Shown here piece after piece: positions 29,051 to 38,518 of a stretch of DNA of 64,000 nucleotides. The position numbers and the translations under genes were made by a program. The DNA comes from an uncultured bacterium (GTDB lineage Bacteria > Chloroflexota > UBA5177 > JANWHV01). Position 1 is the first letter of the stretch; each line of letters starts with the position of its first letter. A model generated the notes under the pieces. That model saw only the letters and a list, made by a program, of their open reading frames with translations. It was not told the DNA's origin and ran no database searches. The stretch spans positions 896,001-960,000 of the forward strand of contig CAVSOU010000010.1 of the NCBI GenBank assembly GCA_963729625.1, written 5' to 3'.

Positions 29051-29269
29051 ATGATGCCGGCCGTACCTAAGAAACGAACGTCGCGCGCCCGCCAGGGCGA
29101 TCGCAGACAGCACCTGCGCCTGAAGCTTGCCGAGCTCAACGTGTGTCGGCAATGCCGCCAGCCAAAGGTCCGGCATCACGTCTGCCCAACCTGTGGCACC
29201 TATAAGGGCCGGAGCTACATCGAATTCAAGGACAAGACGTCCAAGCCTCGTGGAGGCGCCGCATCGTGA
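29051..29269 (+). CDS. rpmF: 50S ribosomal protein L32 (zinc-ribbon form)
   Basis: AVPKKRTSRAR, CRQC, HHVCPTCGTYKGR. Confidence 0.95.
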   Translation: MMPAVPKKRTSRARQGDRRQHLRLKLAELNVCRQCRQPKVRHHVCPTCGTYKGRSYIEFKDKTSKPRGGAAS

Positions 29270-29328
29270 CAGAGCGCTCGCTGGGCCAGAGGACAAGCCT
29301 TCCTGTTGCCGGCAAGATCACCCTCTAG

Positions 29329-30273
29329 ATGGTTCGACACGCAGCGATTCTGTTTCCGGGCCAAGCTTCCCAGCAGATCGGAATGGGGCGTGCTGCCTAC
29401 GCGCGGTTCGCCAAGGCTCGCGAAGTTTTCGATCGCATAGACACCGCTCTCGCTATGCCGGTTAGTCGCGCGTGCTTTGAAGGCCCGGCCGAGCGCCTTC
29501 TGGAGACTCGATGGCAGCAGCCAGCGGTGTTCGCTTGCAGCATGGCTCTGTACTGCGCCTGGAGTGCCACCACCCCCGATATCGTGATCATCGGGGCCGC
29601 AGGCCACAGCCTGGGCGAGTACGGAGCGCTCGTAGCAGCTGGCGCCCTTGCGCTCGAAGACGCCGCTAAGCTGGTGGCCTTGCGTGGCGGCGCGATGCAG
29701 GACGCGTCAGACGTGGTTAGCGGCGGTATGGCTGCCGTCATTGGCCTTGACAGGGCATCCGTGGAGACGATATGCGCGGGCGCCTCGCGGCCGGATGCAG
29801 GGGCCGGCGAAGTCGTGGTCCTCGCGAACGACAACGGGCCGGACCAGTTGGTCATCTCGGGTGGATTGACCGCGATCGAGCGCGCCGCAGTGGCGGCGAG
29901 ATCACTCGGCGCGCGACGCATCATACCCCTCAGGGTCGCGGGAGCGTTTCATTCGCCGCTGATGATGTCAGCTGTAACGCCGCTGGCCGAGGCGCTCGCC
30001 CGAGTCCCGATGGGCAGATGCAGTTTTCCCGTGATCGCGAACACCAGCGCCGAGCCCCTTGTCGAGGCCGAGTCCGTGCGCGCCGAGCTAATCCGCCAGG
30101 TGACGGCGCCGGTGCGCTGGGTTGAGTCGATGCATGCGCTTGCGACGTTGGCTCCGGAGGTGTGGGTCGACGTCGGGCCCGGTGCGGTCGTCGCCGGTCT
30201 GCTTTCGCGCGTTGTGCAGGGAGCGGACGTGGTTCGAGTGGCGGCACTTATGGACGTCTCGCCGCCGGCCTAG
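29329..30273 (+). CDS. fabD: Malonyl-CoA:ACP transacylase (copy 2)
   Basis: LFPGQASQ, GHSLGEY, GAFHSPLM, PVRW. Confidence 0.9.
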   Translation: MVRHAAILFPGQASQQIGMGRAAYARFAKAREVFDRIDTALAMPVSRACFEGPAERLLETRWQQPAVFACSMALYCAWSATTPDIVIIGAAGHSLGEYGALVAAGALALEDAAKLVALRGGAMQDASDVVSGGMAAVIGLDRASVETICAGASRPDAGAGEVVVLANDNGPDQLVISGGLTAIERAAVAARSLGARRIIPLRVAGAFHSPLMMSAVTPLAEALARVPMGRCSFPVIANTSAEPLVEAESVRAELIRQVTAPVRWVESMHALATLAPEVWVDVGPGAVVAGLLSRVVQGADVVRVAALMDVSPPA

Positions 30274-30426
30274 TCAGCGCGACTGTGGCCCCATGCAGCT
30301 ATGTCTGCGTGCCCCATCTCGCGTACCATACACCGTGCAAAGCGTCCCCGAGTGGAAATGTGCCGCCGTCATCGGATTGGCCTCGGCTGTACACTCACTG
30401 CGCAAAATGCACGTCAAGGAGCAAGG

Positions 30427-31812
30427 GTGATTCAAAAGGTTCTGATCGCCAATCGAGGTGAGATAGCTCTCCGTATCATTCGAGCGTGCCGGGAGATGGG
30501 TATTCGCACCGTGCTCGCCCATTCGGACGTGGATCGGAACTCGCTTCCTGCGCGATATGCCGACGAGACGGTGTGCATCGGACCGGCGACGGCGGGCAAG
30601 AGCTACCTGAACATCCCGAATCTCGTCACGGCCGCGTTGATGAAAGAGTGCGATGCCGTACACCCTGGGACCGGATTCCTCGCCGAGAACCCATACTTCG
30701 CCGAGGTCTGCGAGAAATGCGACCTGATCTTCATCGGTCCGTCAGCCAGGGCGATAACCGACATGAGCGACAAGCCTACCGCGCGCGTGGCGATGCGGCG
30801 CGCCGGGCTGGAGGTGCTACCCGGGTGTGACGCGCCTCTGCGCAGTCTTGACGAGGCCCAGAGCATGGCTGCCGAGATTGGTTTTCCGGTGATCCTCAAG
30901 GCGGTTGCGGGAGGTGGTGGCCGCGGCATTCGTGTGGCAAACGATGAAGCCAGCCTGACTAACGAGTACATGACGGCCCAGGCAGAGGCACAGGCGGCCT
31001 TCGGCAACCGGCAGCTCTACTTGGAAAAGTATCTTGCCTACTGCCGGCACATCGAGGTGCAAGTCCTGGGCGATCACTTCGGCTCAGTCGTGCACTTTGG
31101 CGACAGGGAGTGCTCGCTGCAACGGCGCCATCAGAAGCTTGTCGAGGAAGGCCCGAGCATCCTGTCAGATCAGGAGCGCGCTGCCCTCGGGGCCGCGGCG
31201 GCGCGCGCGGCCAAGCTGTGCGGCTACACCAACGCCGGGACTCTGGAGTTCCTCTGGGCGGATGGACACGCCTATTTCAGCGAGATGAATACCCGCATCC
31301 AGGTCGAGCATGGCGTAACAGAGTTGCTCACGGGATTCGACCTCGTCAAGGAGCAGATACTGATAGCATCAGGGAGACCCTTGAGTATCCGCCAGCAGGA
31401 TGTTACGCTACGTGGGCACGCGATCGAGTGTCGAATCACCGCCGAAAGCGCCGACGACGATTTTCAGCCACGCTTTGGCACGGTTACCGCATATCTGCCA
31501 CCAGGGGGGACGGGCGTGCGCGTCGAGTCTCATCTGTACACGGGATACCCGGTGCCGATCCACTACGACTCTCTGTTAGCCAAGCTTCTCACGTGGGGCA
31601 GGGATCGCGAGGAAGCCATTGCCCGCATGGAGCGCGCTCTGTCGGAGTACATCATCGAGGGCGTAACGACGGTCATTCCATTCCAATTGCGAATCATGGC
31701 CGACGCGAATTTTCGCCAGCGCAACATACATACGCGATACCTGGAGGCGCTGATCGTCGCGGACCGCGAGCGCGCCGCGGCTGTGCCGGCAGGTGAGGTA
31801 GAGTCCGCATGA
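30427..31812 (+). CDS. accC: Acetyl-CoA carboxylase biotin carboxylase subunit
   Basis: KVLIANRGEIA, GGGGRG, RECSLQRRHQK, EMNTRIQVEH. Confidence 0.93.
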   Translation: MIQKVLIANRGEIALRIIRACREMGIRTVLAHSDVDRNSLPARYADETVCIGPATAGKSYLNIPNLVTAALMKECDAVHPGTGFLAENPYFAEVCEKCDLIFIGPSARAITDMSDKPTARVAMRRAGLEVLPGCDAPLRSLDEAQSMAAEIGFPVILKAVAGGGGRGIRVANDEASLTNEYMTAQAEAQAAFGNRQLYLEKYLAYCRHIEVQVLGDHFGSVVHFGDRECSLQRRHQKLVEEGPSILSDQERAALGAAAARAAKLCGYTNAGTLEFLWADGHAYFSEMNTRIQVEHGVTELLTGFDLVKEQILIASGRPLSIRQQDVTLRGHAIECRITAESADDDFQPRFGTVTAYLPPGGTGVRVESHLYTGYPVPIHYDSLLAKLLTWGRDREEAIARMERALSEYIIEGVTTVIPFQLRIMADANFRQRNIHTRYLEALIVADRERAAAVPAGEVESA

Positions 31813-32141
31813 CGGAAGCAGCATCGTCGATTCGCATCGCGCCCGAGGTACTGGCCACGATTGTCAATCTGACGACGATGTCCGTCCCCGGAATCGTTGC
31901 GATGGCGGATGTGCCGCGGGGCGGCATCTTCAGCCGGCGACAGCAGCCAGATGCCACGCGCGGCGTGCTCGTCGATGTACGCGACATGACCGTGCACGCC
32001 GATGTCTATGTGGTGGTAGCCCAGGGCGTCAACATGGTCGCGCTGGGAAACGAAGTACAGCGCAAGGTGTCTCAGGCGGTCCATGAGATGCTGGGCATGT
32101 CGGTGCGCAACGTCAACGTGTATATTCAGGGCGTGGAATAG
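31809..32141 (+). CDS. Asp23/Gls24 family protein (YqhY-like)
   Basis: IRIAPEVLATI...VQRKV...VNVYIQGV; accC-asp23-nusB context. Confidence 0.88.
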   Translation: MTEAASSIRIAPEVLATIVNLTTMSVPGIVAMADVPRGGIFSRRQQPDATRGVLVDVRDMTVHADVYVVVAQGVNMVALGNEVQRKVSQAVHEMLGMSVRNVNVYIQGVE

Positions 32142-32575
32142 TGGCCACCCGCAGACGTCTTGCCAGGCACGTTGCCGTCCAGGTGCTCTACGAGGTGGAC
32201 GCGGTGGAGCACGATCCAGATGACGTAGTCGCTCGCTGGGCGGCCGAGAGCAAGGCCAGCGAGGCGACGACGGCGTTCGCTCGTGAGCTTGTTACCGGTG
32301 TCTTGCAAGAACGCGAAGAACTCGATACCCTGCTGCAAGGGTCGGCGCCGCTATTCCCAGTGTCGCGGATTGCTCCTGTGGATCGGGCGGTCTTGCGCCT
32401 TGCGCTCTTTGAACTGTTGCACGTCCCAGCGACGCCGCCCAAGGTCGTAATCAACGAGGCGGTGGAGCTGGCGAAAGAATTCGGGGGAGATAAATCAGGT
32501 AGTTTTGTTAACGGTGTCTTAGGTAACGTTATGGTGCGCCATGAGGTCGCAATCGCGGCTCGCGACAGCGGATAG
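32141..32575 (+). CDS. nusB: Transcription antitermination factor NusB
   Basis: [34 protein letters not shown]. Confidence 0.95.
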   Translation: MATRRRLARHVAVQVLYEVDAVEHDPDDVVARWAAESKASEATTAFARELVTGVLQEREELDTLLQGSAPLFPVSRIAPVDRAVLRLALFELLHVPATPPKVVINEAVELAKEFGGDKSGSFVNGVLGNVMVRHEVAIAARDSG

Positions 32576-32603
32576 TGATCCGACTGCGAAAAGGAGTTCC
32601 ACA

Positions 32604-32849
32604 GTGTCAGATACCCAGGCAATTGAAGAGAAACTGCGCCCGATCATCGCCGAGCAGCTTGGCGTGGAGGAGTCGAAGGTTACGCGTGACGCAAGCTTCC
32701 AGGACGATCTCAATGCCGATTCGCTCGACCTCGTCGAGCTGATAATGTCCCTTGAAGAGGAATTCAAGCTCGAGATCTCCGACGAGGATGCCGAGGGGAT
32801 CAAGACGGTTGGCGACGCCGTAGACTATATCGTGGAGCACGGCGAGTAG
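32604..32849 (+). CDS. acpP: Acyl carrier protein
   Basis: [20 protein letters not shown]; AAGGAG SD before GTG 32604. Confidence 0.95.
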   Translation: MSDTQAIEEKLRPIIAEQLGVEESKVTRDASFQDDLNADSLDLVELIMSLEEEFKLEISDEDAEGIKTVGDAVDYIVEHGE

Positions 32850-32916
32850 GTATCTGCGGCGCCAAACTCGTCGTCGTGGGATCCCACTCGCGAGACAGTA
32901 AGAGTCGGATAAGGCG

Positions 32917-33708
32917 ATGGCTGTGACTGGGCCACGTGTGCGCCGTGCCGCATCAATGGGTACCGGCAGGCGCATGCCCGTTCTCGCAGCCACTCGTCGA
33001 CCGTCGGCGACGTGGAAGGTGCGCGACGCCGTGTTCATTATGGGTGCTGGCCTGGCGTTCCTGCTGGCCGCGCTTGTCATGAGTCTTGGCGTCTTTGAGC
33101 TGCAAGGAAGCGCGTTTGCCGGCTCAGAGAGCAGAGCGGCACTCAGCACATTCGTACCCGCCGCCTTCTCGCTATTCCTCTTCTGGATGATCTACGTCGT
33201 CGTCGTGCATCGCTACCGCTGCAGCTGGCGCATGCTGGGTGTCCGGCCTGTCTCTTGGCAATGGCTTGCAGCCGTGCCTGTCGTGTTCGCGCTGCTAACC
33301 TTCTGCTATGTGCTGATGCTGCGAGGTGCGGTCGCTGTATGGGGTCCGACGGTGCACTGGCCCAGGACACTGACCACGTCGACCGTGGATGCCACGCACG
33401 TGCCTTTGCTCGAGGCCGTGGTGATCCTCTCAAATGTTGTGCTGACCCCAATCAGCGAAGAGCTTCTGTTCCGCGGGGTGCTCTACCAGGCCTTGCGGCG
33501 GAGCCTGCCTGTAGGCAGTGCTATCGCCATAAGTGCCATCGTCTTCGCCTTTATGCACCTGAGCCTGGTTCTCTTCATCCCGTTTGTGCTGATGGGCTTC
33601 ATGCTCGGACTGGTTTTCGAATGGAGTGGATCGCTGATACCCACCATTCTGCTTCACGCCTGCAACAATGGGATAATCCTGCTGTTCATGGCCTACGGCG
33701 CGACATAG
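32917..33708 (+). CDS. CPBP (CAAX/Abi) family intramembrane protease
   Basis: EELLFRG, FAFMH, HACNN motifs and TM helices. Confidence 0.88.
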   Translation: MAVTGPRVRRAASMGTGRRMPVLAATRRPSATWKVRDAVFIMGAGLAFLLAALVMSLGVFELQGSAFAGSESRAALSTFVPAAFSLFLFWMIYVVVVHRYRCSWRMLGVRPVSWQWLAAVPVVFALLTFCYVLMLRGAVAVWGPTVHWPRTLTTSTVDATHVPLLEAVVILSNVVLTPISEELLFRGVLYQALRRSLPVGSAIAISAIVFAFMHLSLVLFIPFVLMGFMLGLVFEWSGSLIPTILLHACNNGIILLFMAYGAT

Positions 33709-33895
33709 CAGCGATCAACCGCCGGCAGGGTCCACGGTCTGGCGGCAAGGTGCAGGGGGGCCTGGCTCACTCCAACTGCGGCCTCACGTCCCTGCCCTGG
33801 CAGTTCCTGGCTGACACTTGAAGGTCGATGCGGCGGGGCATCCGTACAACGGCTTCTGCCCACAGGCCTGCCCTCCAGTGCGCGTGTCGTGCCGG

Positions 33896-34375
33896 CTAGA
33901 TGCTGTGCTCATACACTGCGACGCGTTGCAGTGCACCTTGATGGTCATAGTAAAAGCAGATCTCAAGCCGCTTGTTGGTGCTCATGCCCAGCGAATGGAT
34001 CGTGCCAAGCGCGGCCGCGAAGAGGGTGGCGCCCTGCGAGTACCGTTCCGATCGGCAAAGCTGGCCGGTGCGCTGAGCATCATCGGGCGCCGGCACCTGA
34101 ACCATAGCCGTATCAGGCGTGACGTTGCTAAAGTCGTGCGTTGCCGTAAACCCACGCAGCGAGGAGGACTCCAGAAAGCGAAGCGTGGCCGCGATGCTTG
34201 AACCGGTCCTCAATCCCTTGGCGACGGCCGATTTCGCGGCCGCCATATCGCTCTGCATCACCTGACCGGGGAGGTATTGGGCAGCGAGAACCCACCAGGC
34301 AACCGCAGCGATCACGCATGCCACTAAGGCTGTGTTCAGCCCTGATCCGCCACCCGAAGCTGCCCGAACCCGCAT
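33896..34375 (-). CDS. Hypothetical single-pass membrane/secreted protein
   Basis: GGAGG SD, N-terminal hydrophobic helix, no recognised motif. Confidence 0.55.
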   Translation of the reverse strand: MRVRAASGGGSGLNTALVACVIAAVAWWVLAAQYLPGQVMQSDMAAAKSAVAKGLRTGSSIAATLRFLESSSLRGFTATHDFSNVTPDTAMVQVPAPDDAQRTGQLCRSERYSQGATLFAAALGTIHSLGMSTNKRLEICFYYDHQGALQRVAVYEHSI

Positions 34376-34441
34376 GGCGCCCTCCGCGGCACGCCCGATC
34401 GGGCGCCGCAGGACATATCGTACACCAAAGGCGCCATCCGT

Positions 34442-34747
34442 CTACACGCGCGTGAGCATACTTATGCTTCGACCGATGACCTCGCGCGCCTGATCCGGCG
34501 GCAAGGCAAGGCAGGTGTCAATGCTCGTCGACACGACAGCCGCGGCAATCTTCTCGAGCGCCGCTCGAACAGCCATGATCTGCACCAGCACCTCGTCGCA
34601 TGGGCGCCGATCGTCGATCATCTTGCTCAGGCCACGAACCTGCCCCTCAATCCGAGCGAGGCGATCGCGAAGGTCACGCGGTGACTCGCCCTCAAGTTTC
34701 GGCTGCACAGTGCTCACCTCCAATGTCTTGCCGCCGGTATGGCCCAT
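34442..34747 (-). CDS. CsoR/RcnR/CstR family transcriptional repressor
   Basis: RLARIEGQVRGL, PCDEVLVQIMAVRAAL, second Cys in SIDTC. Confidence 0.9.
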   Translation of the reverse strand: MGHTGGKTLEVSTVQPKLEGESPRDLRDRLARIEGQVRGLSKMIDDRRPCDEVLVQIMAVRAALEKIAAAVVSTSIDTCLALPPDQAREVIGRSISMLTRV

Positions 34748-34753
34748 ATGCTC

Positions 34754-35221
34754 TCAAACAGTTGCGACGTCGATTTGAACCCCGACGGCGGTGTCCTGCG
34801 ACCGCTCTTCATCGACCACCGTATACGATGTGTGAATAGCCGCGACACCACGCACCGTCGCGGCAACCGAGCAGTACTTTTCCTCAGATAGCTCGATTGC
34901 CCGCTCCACGGCTTCTTTGCTCACGCTGCGCCCCCGCACGGCGTAATGAACGTCAATGTGCGTAAAAGCGTGCGGGAACTCCGTTTGCTGCCTGCCAGTC
35001 ACGGTGATTCGCAAGCCAGTCACCTGCTGGTGCTTCTTGCGCAGGATATCTACGACATCGACACCGGTACAGCCGCCAACTGCCGCCAGCAGCAGCTCGC
35101 TCGGCTTGAAGCCATCCCATGCCGACCGACCGGCTGGAGCGTCCAGCACAACACTGTGGCCTCCAGATCCCGTGCCGACAAACTGAACTCCCTGTACCCA
35201 TGTCACGGTCACTTCGGCCAT
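34754..35221 (-). CDS. OsmC/YhfA family protein
   Basis: PSELLL, GGCTGVDV, LSEEKYCSV. Confidence 0.9.
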   Translation of the reverse strand: MAEVTVTWVQGVQFVGTGSGGHSVVLDAPAGRSAWDGFKPSELLLAAVGGCTGVDVVDILRKKHQQVTGLRITVTGRQQTEFPHAFTHIDVHYAVRGRSVSKEAVERAIELSEEKYCSVAATVRGVAAIHTSYTVVDEERSQDTAVGVQIDVATV

Positions 35222-35407
35222 GCCAGCCTCTCCTCCAATGCTGTCCAGCGAGCAACATCTGCGGACCTCGTCGAGCCCTGGATCTGGATGCCTGTGTGCC
35301 AGCCCACGCAGCGGCTTGAGCCCACGGATCCCTGGGCTCAGGTCGCGAACAATGTGACTTCACGCTGAGCTAGGCACCATGCTTTCGCATGAACCAGCCC
35401 GCGCGCC

Positions 35408-35554
35408 ATGCCTCTCTTGACTCAGTATATCCGATACCCCGGTACGGTATCAAGTCCCCTGCAGGTCGGACGCGGTCGGGCTCTGTGGTCCGGGTGCGCA
35501 GGTCAATGCGAGCGCGCAGAGCCGGACACTTGAACCGGCGTAATGCGCCGGGGA
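35408..35554 (+). repeat. Diverged ~146 bp direct repeat, copy A
   Basis: Hand alignment to 41753-41897: 40/47 and 50/64 identical ungapped blocks; 18 bp identical core TATCCGATACCCCGGTAC. Confidence 0.85.
35424..35453 (-). promoter_or_regulatory. Promoter of osmC-csoR with overlapping CsoR-family operator
   Basis: TTGATA-18 bp-TATACT on minus strand; ATACC-CCGGTAC-GGTAT pseudo-palindrome overlapping spacer and -35. Confidence 0.7.
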
Positions 35555-35578
35555 TCCGGGTGGTGGGAGGAGCTCGAA

Positions 35579-35894
35579 CTAGTTCGGCGGGACGTGCATA
35601 TCCGGCGCGACGTTCCCTTCGAACTTGATCGCCCGGCACTCGTGAAGGCGCAGGAGGCCTCCTGAAGTATTGGGCAAATGGGTTTCAGACCGTGAGGGTC
35701 TTCCCGTCGAACGTCGTGAGAGAGAGCCCGGCGAACTGCTCGTTGTAGGTGCGGCGCTCGCTTTCCGGGGGCAGTTGCCATCCAGGCGGCCCGATGGCCG
35801 CAGGCTGTCCCTCAGTACGGTGCGCGACACACATATGACCTTTCTGCCCTACCGGTAGCACCGGCAAGACCCCGGGGACTGCCGTTTCTACCAA
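35579..35894 (-). pseudogene. Possible gene remnant of unknown function
   Basis: Protein-like ...YNEQFAGLSLTTFDGKTLTV continues as ETHLPNTSGGLLRLHECRAIKFEGNVAPD if one base near 35687 is removed. Confidence 0.25.
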
Positions 35895-37194
35895 GAGATT
35901 GCTGGTTGGATGCGAAAGACATAGGCAGCCCCGGTGCCTTGGTTTCTGAAGCCTGCTCCCACAAGGCCTGTGGCCCCGCTCAACGCCACAGAGGTGCCAA
36001 AGTAGTCTTGCGCCACCTCGTCACGGGCCGTGAGCCGGGCCTGCTGGACCCAATTCGAGCCGCGCCGCGCAAACGCGTAGGCGGCGCCGAAGTCGTCATT
36101 CGCGTACCAGGCGCCGACCAGGGCGGTATCCCCACTCAGCGCCACTGCGCGACCGAACCAGTCGCCAGCCGCACCATCGTAGGCGGCAAGTCTGGCCTGC
36201 TGCATACAGTGGCTCCCTAGGCGTGTGAAGACGTAGGCGGCTCCCGCGTCGTGCTGCGCAAACCCTGCGCCTATCAGGGCTGTGCCGCCGCTCAGCGCGA
36301 CAGAGGTCCCGAAGGTGTCGCCCGGTTTTCTGCCACCGGCGTTGAGCGTCGCCTGCTGGGTCCACTCGCGCCCGCCCTGCACGAAGATGTAGGCGGCGCC
36401 GGCGTTGCTGTTCACGCCTGCAGCTCCAACCACGCCGGTGCGCCCATCCAGGGCTACCGAGGTGCCGAAGAAGTCTTGCGCCGCCCCATCGCGGGCGGTG
36501 AGGCGAGCCTGCTGGGTCCAATGCCTGCCAATTCGCGTGAAGATGTACGCCGCTCCGAAGTCGTCATGGGCATACCAGGAGCCGACCAGGGCGGTGTCCC
36601 CGCTCAGTGCCACTGCGCGACCGAACCAGTCGCCAACTGCACCATCATCGGCGGCAAGTCTGGCCTGCTGCATCAAGTGGCTCCCGACGCGCACGAACAC
36701 ATAGGGGCCCCGGCTCGACCGGCCAGTGGCGCACTCACCAGGGCGGTATCCGCGCTCAGCGCCACCGAGACGCCGAACCAGTCGCCCGGCCTGCCGTCGT
36801 CGACGGTGAGCTCGGTCTGCTCGGTTCAGCCATTCCCGTGCTGCACGAAGATGTAGGCGGCACCGGCGCCCTGGTGTCTGTCCCACGCGCCGACCAGAGC
36901 AGTGCCATGGCTCACGGCGACGGGACCGCCCAGGTGGTCGCCCGCCTCGCCGTCGCTCGCGGTCAGCTCAGCCTGCTGCTGCCAACGCGCCGGGGTTGTC
37001 GCCGCCGCACGCGCTGGAGTATGGCTCAGGGCGAGCTCCAGGCTGCCCTGTGGCTGGTAGCGATCCGCTCGCAGGATGGCGACACGGCCCGGCGCGCTGA
37101 CCTGGTGGAGTGCTGGACCCGCGGCTGCCGAGGCGGAGGCGGACAGGCAGCCCACCAGCAGGATGGACGGTAACATGCTGTGGATCGTGATCAC
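35888..37194 (-). pseudogene. FG-GAP repeat (beta-propeller) secreted protein, disrupted
   Basis: About six W.QQA.L.A.DG..GD.FG.SVALSG.TALVGA...GAAYVF repeats; in-frame TGA at 36826-36828 and -1 frameshift near 36705. Confidence 0.8.
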
Positions 37195-37516
37195 GGTATG
37201 GGACCTTTTCCATGTCGCGCGAACTCGGACTTCGCCAAAGAGGGCGGCGCCACGGCCGCGCGGTGCTCCTGCGGCGCCGGTGCCGGTCTCAGCCCGTCGG
37301 CAGGTCAGCTATTTCCGGATTGCGTGGGCACGCATCGTCAGGGTGCGGAAGCGGTGCGCGCACGCCCTTGCGTGGTTGCGGCCCGAGGTGCGCAGTCACT
37401 GCAAGGCATCGGGGGGGGGGTGCCCGCTGCAAGCAGCAGGTTGGGACCCACGGGCACAGGAAGCGAGCGATGTAGGATTCCTGCATCGCTCGCATCCTTC
37501 TCACGCCAAGCTCAAC

Positions 37517-38044
37517 TCACTTCCAGGGGACTACCGCACTGATCGTGAATTGCCAGTGATTGTAGTCCTTGTCGGAGCCGACCCACGAACCTGAGCCGTG
37601 CAATCCGGCGAACCCTCCCGTACCGGGGCCCCACGTGGCGGGGCCCTGCTCGAACTTCCCGTTGTCGCTACCGTAATATTGATCCGAGATCGTGCCGGAA
37701 AGGCCTCCACCAGTGCAAACGCAGACGTCGACACCGACATCCACCGACGTGCCGTCCGGATAGGTCAACACATTTGAAAAGTCGTGGTCAATGCCATTGA
37801 GTACACCACTGTACTTCCAGACATAGGTGTAGGACGTCAAGGTGATCCCGTTCACGTGCACCGTCCCTGTCGTCTTGCTGCTGACAATTGAGGCGGTGCC
37901 CGATCCCGACAGGATGGTGGGCGCTTGGGCGCGCAAGGTACGCGCTATTGCCGGCGTGGCGCCGACGTGTAAACAGGACACCGCCAAGACTGCGATAACC
38001 AAGGCGGCGCGCACGATGGACGGACGCAGGAACCTCTGTTGCAT
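37517..38044 (-). CDS. Hypothetical secreted beta-rich protein (DUF3224-like)
   Basis: Signal peptide; C-terminal GTGGFAGLHGSGSW motif. Confidence 0.65.
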   Translation of the reverse strand: MQQRFLRPSIVRAALVIAVLAVSCLHVGATPAIARTLRAQAPTILSGSGTASIVSSKTTGTVHVNGITLTSYTYVWKYSGVLNGIDHDFSNVLTYPDGTSVDVGVDVCVCTGGGLSGTISDQYYGSDNGKFEQGPATWGPGTGGFAGLHGSGSWVGSDKDYNHWQFTISAVVPWK

Positions 38045-38518
38045 GGCTCTTGTACCTCGCTTCTCGGGGGAGCGAGCTCCCATGTTGATGGGTACCGTCT
38101 CGCTCCTGCTTCATGTTCATTTGTGCTGGGTCCCGCAAGCTCACCCATCCCCGATCGCGGCAGGGCATAGCCGCTGCTGGGCCTGCGGCGACGTGCTCAC
38201 CTCTGGCGCGAGAGTGCCCGCCGATCGGTCGTCCGGGTGCCGGTGACGATCACCGCCGCTGTTTGATCCAAGGCTGGCTGCAGTTTCCTCCCTCCGACGC
38301 TCACAGACACCAGGCCTGTCGCCGCAGTCTGCGCTGTCGCCTGCCAGCGAGGTCCTGTCCGCCTACCTGCCGCACTGCTGGTATGTTGTTCTCAACACTG
38401 CACGATCCGGTCGGCCGGCACCAGGCAACTCGCCACAGGAACTCACGTATCGACCCACATGTACGCTGGTGCGACTGCCGGCCGGCCGCCCTCGTCGGGT
38501 CATGGGAGTGAGGCAGAC

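Noticed and set aside
36826-36828. In-frame TGA at a Trp position (also TGA at 35685) suggesting selenocysteine or code reassignment
   Set aside because: The position is Trp rather than Cys in sister repeats, I recognised no SECIS, TGA ends many genes normally in this window, and the gene carries other lesions.
35888-36900. Repetitive DNA that could be mistaken for a CRISPR or tandem array
   Set aside because: These are degenerate protein-coding FG-GAP repeats; there is no identical repeat-spacer structure and no cas gene.
37411-37420. G10 homopolymer as a possible phase-variation tract
   Set aside because: It is intergenic, not within a recognisable promoter spacer or CDS, and homopolymer length may be unreliable.
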